Source of the DNA: Botryllus schlosseri
Lineage: Eukaryota
DNA length: 64,000 nucleotides
NCBI GenBank assembly: GCA_051294905.1
Contig: CM119373.1
Span: 2,606,001-2,670,000, forward strand
Direction of reading: 5' to 3'
The notes under the pieces were generated by a model. The model was not told the origin of the DNA. It ran no database searches and worked only from the letters and a program-made list of their open reading frames with translations. The first letter of the stretch is position 1, and each line of letters opens with the position of its first letter. Shown one piece after another: positions 53,033 through 64,000 of the stretch. The translations under genes and the position numbers were made by a program.

Positions 53033-56000
53033 ATCGCTTGCCTGCGTCTAATGAAAATAAGTCGTAAAATGCGGAGCCTGCAGCGACCGTAACTAGTATA
53101 CATAAAATCAAGTTTAAAAATATGGACGGATGAGCTATCTCTGACCAATAGAGTAATACAACCGCCTATAGTTCAGTGGGGTATTGCTATAATGTATATC
53201 CAAACAATCGTTGCAGACTCTGAATGTTACCAAGGTCCTTATCACAAAAAATCATGCATCAGAAGCGTAGGGATTAATATTATCAACTCGCAGCGCTCAA
53301 AATCGCATTTTATATTAATCAATTAGTGATGATGTGTAGAATTTTGATATATCATCATAAAACCACACCTAGTTCAGCGTTGCTTATATTATCCGTGAAA
53401 ATACAAAGTCCTAAATACACATAATAATATTATCCGGAGAATATAGCCTTGCATAGTCATCATAGTTTTCGAATTTATTTATATTTTCGAAACTTATGTA
53501 TAATCTGAATTATATTTATTTTTCGAAAGCAAGTTTATATAAAGTCTCGGAATTTAATCATCTAACGTATAATGAATATTATTTATTTCTCGGAAGCAAG
53601 TTATTTAATACATATTGCTAAATACACATGGAAAATCAATATTGAAATTCACAAAACATTAGAATATCTAGGCGTGACAACTAGGGTGACGTGACAATGG
53701 GCGTATTGTAGGCGTGGCAATTAGGATGACGTGGCGCTCTCTGATTTGACGGTACCAAGGTGGCATGATAACACTTCTCTTGAGTACTTCAAAGCTACAT
53801 TTTGTACTTCTATTTGAAAGAAATTTAGCATGTGTTGTAAATCACTCCAGCTATCTCGATAACCCTGCCAGAATACGTTTTGTTTTGTAGTATTCATGGT
53901 GTTTCTCGACTACAATGGTCATTTACATAAGACCGATATTCTTCATAATTTTCCGTAACCGCCGACTTATAGCACGGCTCACCTCTAGGCTTTTTGTAAG
54001 ACACCGCTTGCGCGGATGAGGTGGCGTCTCCAGAATACGTAGTTTCGTCTGAATCTATAGTGCTTAGTATACGTTGTGTATACACAGAGAGGGATTGCAG
54101 TGGCGACTTGCTTCAGTCGGGTAACGGACGATGTCGATTTCACACGCGTTCCAAAGTACTCAATGTGAGAGTTATGTACCACCTCCCCGGATATTCTCGG
54201 TAAGTCACCGGATCATTTGGCTGTACTAAGGTGGGTATACCCCGACAGGGACGGTTGAGTGGGCTCGATTTTATCATGTAATGGTAGCTGGGGTAGCTTT
54301 TACTATTCCCGACTTGACTACCTAAATACCCGACTCCTACACTAGCCCCGCATTTTACGTTATTCGAGGTGGTTTTTGGGTATTTTACGCTAACAATGGG
54401 GACAAATTGACAAAAAAGGGGTACATTTGGTCGAAGGAAGGACATATCTGGAAAAGGGAGGACATATCCTCCCCTAAATGAGGACGTATGGTAACCCTAT
54501 TAAAACAGGGGGGTCGATGGGGACATCACATTCATCGCATTGTGTTGCTGTCAACCCTCCCGAAAACGTGAGTTTTGTCAAACAGGCGGATTGATGACTG
54601 ACATCGATTGATCACAGCTGATTTGCGTTCATCACACCACATCGAAATTACAAGCATTCCAACGACGAGTGATGAGAACCAGTCAGTGCGATCACCGTTT
54701 CCGTCGAAAAAATACGCAATTCTCTCTAATACCCCACCGGCCGACGGTTGTATTACTAACGTATTTCCAGACTCTTTGGACCTGGATTAAAAGTCCCCTG
54801 TCACCGATTACCATGTTACAATACTAACAAAACCAACCCTACCAAAGGAATCGTAAGTGACTTTGAGAGTCGAATTTATACTAGATTTCACTCTCACAAT
54901 AAGTCGAAATTTCAGGACTTTACGTGCCAGCCGGATTTTTTGGACTTTGATTTGGCAACCCGAGTCGGGGTGGAGTCAGATTTCGAAATCTCTCACTCAT
55001 CTTTACACCTCACCGAAAGCAGGCGAGATCGCATCACGTATGATCTGACACAATTCACCCCCATTATAGCATTATAGGGTAAGTCCACTGATCCCCGATG
55101 AAGCGAGCTATCCCGATTAGTCACTGTACAACTGAATCTGACATCGTACTCGTAGTTTCCGAGTTCGAACGGCAAATGCGAGGCTCGAAGGGGTGACGCA
55201 GAAATTCTCTGACGGAAACACTCCGCCGAATCACTATATACTTAGTATGATATTGCAAATATGTTTGGGGGTGTTGGCATAACAAGCGTTGAGGATGTTT
55301 TACGGCACGGGCGAACACATGTCCACAGCGAAATTAGTCGCCCTCGAACGACAAGTGCGTGGTGAGCTCGTGATCGATATGTGTGTTACAGACGGACAAG
55401 GCATTAGTTCGCCAACAGATCTATTCTAGTTGTACATCATGTACAGCATATAAAATTAATATGCCGCGGTAAATTACATATCATTTACGGGCACCGGCAT
55501 GATTACGCTTGACCAGACGTGAAGCAGTAAAAGAACCCATCATAAATACATTTGTTTGGTTGGGACTGTCTGTCCTATGAAGACGCTAGAACACGGTAAA
55601 GGTGTGGAACAGCAACAGTTGTTGCTTGCACTGCTAGGTAGGTAATACCGGAAGTTAACACGTTGATGCGAGCCAAATTGACAATCAGCTATTTATTTCA
55701 TTCATAATGTTACTTTCTTCTAGTTAATCTATGTCGGGGCGCCTAATATACATTGCTAATACACGACATTCTTTCTGGTTCTCGATATGACTCGAAGTGA
55801 CACGCATATTTATAACCATAACAGATCATTTCTCCTTACTATTTAAGTCGACAACAAAGCAAAAGATGGGCAAGTATAATAGTATGAGACAGATCACAAG
55901 CGTGACTTTGCACAGTCGAACGTATTGACACCAAAACCACGCACCGGGATCTCACAGATCAGGAAAACACTTTATCGACGTCACGACCGGCAATTATTCC

Positions 56001-57204
56001 TATGCCCCACCGTACATCAAATTGAGTCAAGCATGGAACGACAAGTCAACCAGGGGGTTTAATGGGCAATTATCCCCAAGCCCTGTCACGAAATTGGACC
56101 ACGGGACGACAGGTCAGGGCGATTTGTCGGCAGGCAACTATCACCAAGCCCCGTCGTGTACGACCGAAGTCAGCTGTAGGTCGTGGAAAAATGCAGTAAA
56201 ATTACAATGAATTATCGTAATTCATATCCCAAGTTAAGTGTCTGGCCAGAGTACAAAGGTCAATCGAGATTCTTGGTTTGTTCTTTTTCTCTCTAGCATC
56301 AATTATTCCTCCTTTTGATTGCCGCACACAAGGTCATAAAAGTATTGCTGCAAAATTGATAATGAGGTAATTCTTTAATTATATATTATACTGATAATCT
56401 TTGTTTGTTTATTAGAAATCTCGAATGGGGGCATTCCGCACATTTATATAACTACTTCCCTGCTATAGGTGATCACAGTCTATTCACTCAAATTAGCAAC
56501 TACACTCTGATTTATAGTTGTGAACCAATCAAACGCTTCATGGCCTGTATTTTACGTTTGAGGATGAATGCGCCCAACTGGGCCCCTGTTTCAGTGAATA
56601 GGATGCTTCCGTCATGAAATAGTAAACTTTGGCAACTCGAATCCGACCGTATGGGATTCAAGTCTTGGGGCCACTAATATTTTCACATCACTGAATATTT
56701 AATCATTTGAAATGTGGAGTTCGATCTCAGTCACTTACCGCGAACGCTAATGTCACCGGGTGAGGTATGTCGTGGGTAGGCCTATCAATATTTGCAGAAA
56801 TGCGTTGTGAAAATCCCCCTTTAGCAGCAATGCGTAGCAGCAATGCGTACATTTTTATCTCTAGCGGTTTGCTCGACTAATCAGCTAAAAGTAAACAAAA
56901 TCAAGCATCTAATGATCGTGTAGCAGCCGCCACAATAATTTCAATTGCGGTGTACGCCCCTCTGATTACTTTGTTCAGAATATGATTCACGAATGAAGTA
57001 CGACCATACGGTGTTAGCATTGAAGCCAATGCACGCTCGGTAATAGGCTTTCCTATGAAACTATTTAGAGAAAATATACAATGATGATCGTCGGAAATAC
57101 TTTTGTTGGCATAATCTCGTTTAATATAGTAAAATATGATTAGCGCGATAACTCCGGGTGTTGCTGTGATGAAGTATGCTGTGGGAACAATTCCATCCAA
57201 CATC

Positions 57205-57211
57205 TATATAA
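57205..57211 (+). promoter_or_regulatory. TATA box of paralogue 2; probable TSS ~57236
   Basis: TATATAA with a TCA initiator-like site ~30 nt downstream. Conserved in three copies. Confidence 0.75.
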
Positions 57212-57276
57212 GGAGCTTCATATTTTAACCACTTCACATCAATCAAAAGCTACGATAGCACTGGAACGATACCAAA

Positions 57277-57346
57277 GTAAGAATATAGACTGCAAATTCA
57301 ATACTTTGTTATGGTGATATGATAACACTCATCTCGTTTTCCGCAG
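57277..57346 (+). other. 5'-UTR intron of paralogue 2 (70 bp)
   Basis: GTAAGA...CACTCAT...TTTTCCGCAG ending 7 nt before the ATG. Matches the paralogue 1 intron. Confidence 0.8.
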
Positions 57347-57353
57347 CTTCCAC

Positions 57354-57656
57354 ATGCAGACTAAAACCACTCTGATACTTCTTGTCGTAATCGGGCTTGT
57401 CCTGCAGGCTGATGCCTTGTGGTGGGCAAGGAGGCGCCGCTATTACGTCAGGAGAAGGCGTTACGACCAGGAGCGTGGCTACTACGATATGGAAGAAGAC
57501 GAATCGAAGGGTTACTACGGAATGAATGAAGACGAATCCAAAGGATACTACGACGAATCGAAACTTTTCTACGGAATGGATGAAGACGAATCCAAAGGAT
57601 ACTATGACGAATCCAAGGGATACTATGATGGAGCTAAAGGCTACTACGAAGAATAA
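57354..57656 (+). CDS. Secreted peptide precursor, 100 aa: signal peptide + Trp/Arg/Tyr cationic segment + acidic tail with 6 GYY and 1 LFY cassettes (paralogue 2)
   Basis: MQTKTTLILLVVIGLVLQADA (AxA cleavage site) | LWWARRRRYYVRRRRY | DQERGYY...(DESKGYY)n. Intact promoter and intron. Paralogue at 21412. Confidence 0.92.
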   Translation: MQTKTTLILLVVIGLVLQADALWWARRRRYYVRRRRYDQERGYYDMEEDESKGYYGMNEDESKGYYDESKLFYGMDEDESKGYYDESKGYYDGAKGYYEE

Positions 57657-58158
57657 GTGAGTATAGTTATCACAGTGACTGCTTGCTATATTCCTCAATA
57701 TTACCTATCAATTGTAATAGTGAGCATGGGGACTTATTTTACGTAACCTACCATCAACGTTCGATATAGTGTCAATAAGGATTCGATCTTCCACTTGACC
57801 TACATTTTATGAAACAGTGGATGATAAATTAATCAAACTAAGTGACAAACGCCATAACTTAAGTTTAGAGTAGTCGTAGAAACAATAGATTTTCACATTT
57901 CCACCCACCATTGATTATTTCACCGAGATCGGAAAATTATTCTTCGAATTTATTACTATTGTCGGGACCATTCTCATGAACTCGAGTACATTATTTTTTA
58001 TTGACACCTGTGATACATATGACCGCCATCAATTTTCGGTCGGAAAATGCATAATTTCTAGCGAATCAAAACTGAGTCCATATGAATTATGCCTATTTAT
58101 TATGGTTTGCAAGATGTAAATTTATGTATGAGTCGGTTCAGAATGACAGAGTATCAAC

Positions 58159-60461
58159 CAGTGATGAGCACCGGAGCGGAGTCGGAGTGGAGTCGGAGCG
58201 GAGTTTTGCCAATTTTGTGATACCCGGAGTGGAGTCGGAGTTTACAACAGATATTTTTCCGGAGTTTTACGGAGTATTGTTAGTTTTGCCCCCGATATCT
58301 TTCGATAGCTTTGACCAGAAGACACTATTGATTACAAACCAAAACACAGACAGTTGACACCTTGTAAAGTTGTAATATGACCGGTAACATGCAAAAATGA
58401 TTGACAAGTGCATAAAAATCAGCCATCTGCACTGCAATTGGGGACTGGAGAGTAACCTAGTGATCTAGCAAGGCATTTCCGCTGAGCAGTGTCTGTAGTT
58501 CACAAACTTGAAGACACCCAATATCGTTCGCAGCGCATCATTTTCTCCCTGCAATGAGATGCCGTCTTTGAATCCACTGCTGAATGTCACCATATTAGGA
58601 GATAAGATAGATCTTCCACGTTGCTGTCATTGCAGTCTTCTATAGTCACATCATATTCCTCCTTGCGTATTTGTTTCGTGACTAATTTTCATGCTACCCC
58701 AGTAATTGTGCGAAACATTTACAATCAGCAACATACAGCGGGGCTTCCCTATGGTACAGCCTTTGGCTACCCTGATTCTTCCAGCAAGTTGATGATCATA
58801 ACGTAATATATCCCATTATCCTGATGACATTCAATATAGTAATAGGTCCATTTTGTGAAAATGTATTCCCAACGTTGGTATCAGTTGAAACAAGATAATA
58901 TCCGATACCACTTTTGTGATAACTGTTCGCAACTTTCATCGTACTTGCAATTTGCAGTGAGAGATATCGATAATAAGTGTTACATCAATATTACCTTTAT
59001 ATCTGTGAGAAATATACATACAACAAGCAAGTATCTGGATGGAAACAATAATAACTTATGCAATGTGTTACATGATTTAATGACATTGCGACGAATTTTC
59101 GCTAGTAAGATCCGCTCACAGAGGCATACCAGCATCTAAGCCCGCTTTAAAGATTTCAACAATACATAAATCACTAAGGTAAGCTGATCTTACCCTGTAA
59201 AAACAGAATATTCCGAATTTCTGAACAGCCACACTAAATAACTACAACCGTCTGCTTTGCTCTGCTCGCATCAACTCAACTACGCTTCCTTCAATATTGA
59301 TTGACGTAGTCAGTCATCCAGAACTCTTCTGAATTTTCGTCATGTAATGTTTGGTTTGATTGAGAAATGACTTTGATGTGATATGAAAAATCAGCACCAC
59401 AATCAAGTTTCTGCTGCTGGTCTGTCTCAGACTCCAAATTCCAGATATCATGTATCAGCTTCAAAATTGGAAGTCACTAGTCATTTAGTCAACTTCAAGG
59501 AGCGTCGATCTGTGCGTCAGTGATGCATCATGTATGTTTAGTGCAGTGCAGTTCCATCAACTGTTTCATGGCGATGCGGAACTTAATTTACTGAAACCTG
59601 TGATGTGATCGTCGATTTCAGTGGTGTTAGTGGTAGTTAGTTCGAACTGACTGGTCTTCCTTCGTCGTCTTAATATAATGGCTGAAGCACCGTCGACGTC
59701 AAGTGGGTTACTCACTAAGACGCAGAAAAAGAGTGACGTGTGGAAGGATTTCACTCTGATGCTGCATGATAATAACGGCCAGTATACCGGGTTTGCGAGA
59801 TGTCAAAATTGCAATGTTCAGCTAAAGCATCACAAGTTGACAAGTGGTACGTCGCATCTTCGAAGACAAAATCGAAGCTTGTAAGAAGAATTGATCGCAG
59901 TTGAAATGCAAGTAAGCGAGTAATCAAAGGAGAAGGTGATCATGGGGAACACTGATCGCCGGGTGGAGAATACCGAAGAAGTGTCGGTTTGCCGTGGTGT
60001 TGTGCAGAAGACGTTTTGCCATCCAGATTTACGGTGAAACGTAAGTTCGATGAGGAGGCTTCGTCTTTGAAGCAGAAGCTGTCAGAGGAACTAAGAGTTG
60101 CTATCAAGTGTTATGGGCTGGCTGGCATCACCACAGATATGTGGACCGATCTAAAGGGTCGCAGTTCTATTAGCTTGACCGTCCATTTTGTTGGAGAGAA
60201 CTTGACTCTCAGAAGTAATGTTGCGACTGTTCGGCAATTCACGGATACTAAAAAAACTGGTATGAATATCAGACAGGCTATCGAAAACATCGATTGGGAT
60301 TCTTCGACAATGGTCTGAATATATTTCGGGGACTGGACAAGATTCTTCGGGTTATCTCGGAGTCTGGGATTGAGATCCCCGGAGTCGGAGGGATTTTGCC
60401 TCAGAGACCAAAGTTGTCGGAGGGACTCGGAGTCTCGAAAAGCAGACTCCGCTCATCACTG
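58159..60461 (+). mobile_element. Internally deleted hAT (Ac/hobo/Hermes-like) transposon, 2303 bp
   Basis: TIR CAGTGATGAGC/GCTCATCACTG, perfect TSD GTATCAAC, GGAGTC subterminal repeats, transposase remnants inside. Confidence 0.92.
59678..60318 (+). pseudogene. hAT transposase remnant (BED finger + start of catalytic domain)
   Basis: KSDVWKDF...ARCQNC...GTSHLRR (BED finger). LPSRFTV...GITTDMWTD...SISLTVHFV contains the first catalytic Asp. Broken and truncated. Confidence 0.88.
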
Positions 60462-60940
60462 GTATCAACATGAGTATTACTGATCACTGATCTTTTGAAA
60501 ATATTCAGATCCTCAAGAGCAAAGTCAATATCAAAGTGAAAATCTACGCACATATAAAATGAGTGTACTATAAAAATATATCTCAATCAGTATTGCAGAG
60601 TATCGTGTCTGCTTTCGGACAAGAATGCTAAGCAATGCTAAGGGAAATAATGCTGAGTATAGTACATGAAACAATGGTGGTACTATAATAGCATGTTTCT
60701 ATCAGAAATGGAGATTTATGTTAGGAAATGCCTATGCAACATTATAAACGCTTGTTCTCAATGTCGAGTTTTCACGTTGTTGTTCATCAGCAGTATATTG
60801 CGTCGAAGCGGAATTCCGAGATTGCGAAACATTACACACTCGCACTCGGTACAAATTTTTTCGTAATATGTATAGAAATGTAGATAATGACGACGGCGAA
60901 ACGCCAACGGCAAAACCTCGTATGCAAGTTACGTGGTGCG

Positions 60941-62283
60941 CAGGGCCGTAACAGCACTTCGTCAGCCCCCCCCCAAAACGTTGGTCTTGGTCCCCCCCCC
61001 CCATGTGGTGATAAATAGAACGTCTGGGTGGCTCCGCCCCCTAGACCCCCCTTAAGCTATGAGCTGTTTACCGCTACTTGTTGTCTACATTGGGTGTCCG
61101 TTTACTGCGTCAGCTTTTCTCGTCTAAACGCGCGAGCCGCAAGAAAATTATATAGTTCATGACTGAATCGGTCAATATGATCGGGAATTGCATATATATC
61201 GCTATCAATTTCTATCCTCTCTCTGCTCACGTAATCTGATTTACCAGGAGAGATGAGTGAGGTATGTTTGAAAAGGTAGGACCCCTCAATATTAATTAAA
61301 CATCTCCGGGTGTATACCGGTTGGCAGGAACAAAACAGCATTTCGCCAAGCCCCCCTCCCCACACACAAATAAAAAATAAATAAAAGGCTTGAATCTTGG
61401 GCTCCCATAGGGTGATAAACTGACCCCCCATCACGTTGTTCGCTTTTGTCACGAAATAACAATGGTACTGTCTTGTGAGCCATCGCGAAGCGCAAAATTT
61501 TCGATAATTCATGATAAAATCGGTCAATAAGATCGGGTATTGCATATATATTGCTATCAATTTCTCGTCCTCTCTGAACACGTAATCAGATTTACCGGTA
61601 GAGCTGAGCGTGGTGTCTTTGAAACTGTAGAGGCCGTAAATAATAATTGAACATCTTTGGGCGGGCGAACCTGTTGGTATGACTTCGTTACATGATGTTA
61701 TTTTGTGATCTTCTGTCTCCTATATCAGAAAATATAGAATCGCCCAAACGTACTGAAGTAAAAGATCACACGATTTCAGATTGGTATTTCGTCACTGGCA
61801 TATAATTTTTCCCTGCAGGATGATATTTGTCTTGTGATGTTCAGACTGCCAAGACAGGAACATTCGGCGCCAGTCATTTCGGCAATTATGGACCATTAAA
61901 CCTATATGTATTTTGTATATATAACGAAGTTTTCGGTCAGCATAAGGGCAGTCTTTGTCGGCCAAGGTTGTCTCGCTGCCGATCGTTCTGCCACACTTCT
62001 CGGAGTCGCATGTTACATGGCCTAAAACTTTATATGTGTTGGTGCGTCGTGGCGCGGTAATGGTGAACGCCGATATGCTCATTTTTATAAATCTTGCGTA
62101 TTTTTTTCTTGGGGAAAAAGTACCCAATAATCAAGATACCTGACAACTTAGAATCGCGCAAAGCGATTGCATAAATTTTCAGAAAATACTCTATAATTTA
62201 TGCTAATTCACGAAATAATTTTTGGCCCCTTCGAGCTCGGCCCCGCTCAATTGGGGGTTTGGGGTACGGCAGTTACGGCCCTG
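60941..62283. mobile_element. hAT non-autonomous element with an internal ~350-bp-period duplication
   Basis: TIR CAGGGCCGTAAC/GTTACGGCCCTG, TSD GTGGTGCG/GTTGTGCG. 61128-61310 is repeated at 61483-61660. Confidence 0.85.
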
Positions 62284-62832
62284 GTTGTGCGTTAAGACCA
62301 GAAGGCATATATGGGTTCTCTCGCTGCTAATAACATATCACTGAACATCCCTGCTGTAGTATTGCGTAGTACAGATATTGCAGGCTAGCGATTTGTCAGG
62401 AATGCGACGCTATCATGCCTAAGCTTATATTCAGTCAGGTAAGGTGCCGTAGCCGATTGCTAAATACATAAGCATACCAGTTACAGACATATTCAATTTA
62501 TCTCAGCAGGTGGAATGCGCTCAGTTGCAATTTGGAATTGATTTTCCAATTCTGGCGAAGGGTCCTTTAAATAAATATATTTTGACGACCATACCGACCA
62601 TGACTATACCGAACGGTGATTCGCAGCAGCTACACTCAGAATATGCAGGTCTTGCGGAAAAGTTGCGATACATTTCGAAACTGTTTTCGTGGGTACAGAG
62701 AGAGTACATAGTGTTACTGCTCATAACTTGGGAGAAACATTTTAAGTTTTCCCCAAATTCCACGACCGATCTGGCAAACTGAAACCCCGTTGATGAAGGT
62801 TAATATATATTTGAAAAAAAATCCGCTCGGGC

Positions 62833-63237
62833 CAGTGGTTTCTAACAGGGCTATATCCCCCCTCCCCAGAGGAAGATTTTGATAAACATGGGGCGATTGA
62901 GAGGCGAGAACGTACGGAGGGGGCGATAGGGAACGAAAATGTTCGAATGTTCAGTCATTTAAACTTAACTACCTGCGAACCGGATACCAGTACAATATAC
63001 GTTATAAAGGGGTTATTCTGGTACTGCCGCAAAGGTTACTCGTCACAAACTATCCTCCGATACCGGGATCGCCGCGGAAAGTCGGACTTTTTTTAGTCTA
63101 TTTATCGGCGATCCGAGGTAGCTCTATAAATATCCCGTTTATATGTCGCCTTTCTCGAATCCGAAAATATGGCGGGCCATAAATATTTGCCGAGCTTGAT
63201 AAGGGAGCGATGAGTGAAAAGGATTAAGAACCACTAG
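62833..63237. mobile_element. Charlie-type hAT MITE, followed by the left end of another element at ~63242
   Basis: CAGTGGTTTCTAAC...TTAAGAACCACTAG, GGGGCGA motifs. TSD not clear. Confidence 0.6.
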
Positions 63238-63827
63238 TGACTAGTGGTTCCCAACCAGGGGGAATTCCGCCATTAGTGGGAATTTGGCAATTTTAGGGGG
63301 GAATTCTGCTATAGAATTGTATCGGATTTCCCAAATTGTTCATGACCGGACTGTCAAGTAGACAACTAGTTATTTCCGAACGTATTCTCCTTATAGCTGT
63401 TTTTTTTGTTTCTGGAAGTATGTTTAAATGCTGTTTGAAATCTCCTTTTTACATACAAATTCCCACTTGTTTTTTAAACTAGTTCTAATGCGCTGCAGTT
63501 CGCGAGACAATTTTGCAGGCCAGCGACGGCCTCTCAACCAAATATATCCTAAGCGAGCAAATGGCGTGCCGAATTTATGACAAAGCCTCTGATGAAAGAA
63601 TTTATCTTATATTTTCAAGTCAACATTTTCGGATAATGACAAAATATTCCAACGTCATCGATTCAGGTCGAAGACATTGCTAGTTAACTTGCTTTGTTTT
63701 TAATGAGCAGCTATCCGATCGAAAAAGACATGTTAAACTTGGTGCAGTGTTGTCAAAACGGAATGGGTGTCCTAAATTTCAATGAGCTTCAGCAGGAAAT
63801 CTGATCACGTGTATGCTATATATCTGG

Positions 63828-64000
63828 ACTGTAACCAAGTCACGAGGCTCCGAGTCACAAGTCAATCTCACTGTCATAATTTCAACTCGGGTCAAGTCGA
63901 GTCATTTTCAATTCACCACTGAGTCAAGTCTGAGTCCATTTCATCGAGCAAAGTCTCGAGTCCGAGTCATGGTATTATGACTCGAGTACCAGTCCAAGTC
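63828..64000. mobile_element. hAT MITE family A end, running off the window
   Basis: TGTAACCAAGTCACGAGGCTCCGAGTCACAAGTCAATCTC is colinear with the start of 14830-15425. Confidence 0.8.

Noticed and set aside
56405..57203. Recurrent small ORFs (45108/56405; 45702/56901; 21635-21958)
   Set aside because: They recur only because the promoter DNA is duplicated. Frames and lengths are not conserved between copies.
57465..57656. YYGMD resemblance to cionin/CCK-gastrin neuropeptides (NYYGWMDF-amide)
   Set aside because: No Trp, no Phe-Gly amidation signal and no dibasic flanks. Tyr sulfation in this acidic context remains a possible alternative modification.
57309..57698. Antisense hydrophobic ORFs (57309-57698 minus, 21409-21603 plus)
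   Set aside because: Shadow frames of the repetitive real CDSs. Promoter and splice signals support the opposite strand.
61102..61581. 159-aa minus-strand ORF
   Set aside because: Lies within the internal duplication of a non-autonomous hAT element and shows no protein features.
1..64000. Clustered modifying enzymes (tyrosinase, protease, decarboxylase) for the peptide precursors
   Set aside because: I could not recognise exons of such enzymes, so there is no evidence for a biosynthetic gene cluster in this window.

Overview
AT-rich eukaryotic DNA, most likely from an ascidian (tunicate). That assignment is inferred from the precursor style of the two genes and is not proven. Most of the window is non-autonomous DNA transposons, mainly hAT MITEs with clear 8-bp TSDs and often nested. 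It also holds a Chapaev3-like relic, a dead Penelope-like retroelement with a degenerate hammerhead ribozyme, a tRNA-derived SINE and a tRNA-Leu pseudogene. The only convincing host genes are two divergently oriented paralogues about 35 kb apart (21412-21651 minus, 57354-57656 plus), plus an orphan third promoter copy at 45148-45935. Each gene has a TATA box, a 70-bp 5'-UTR intron and a splice donor just after the CDS. Each encodes a signal peptide, an Arg-rich cationic segment and an acidic tail of repeated [K/R]-GYY-[D/E/G] cassettes (one cassette is K-LFY-G). The most interesting hypothesis is that these are multi-core ribosomal precursors of tunichrome-type DOPA tripeptides (Gly/Leu-Tyr-Tyr backbones, as in tunichromes Mm-1/Mm-2), fused to a styelin/clavanin-like cationic peptide.
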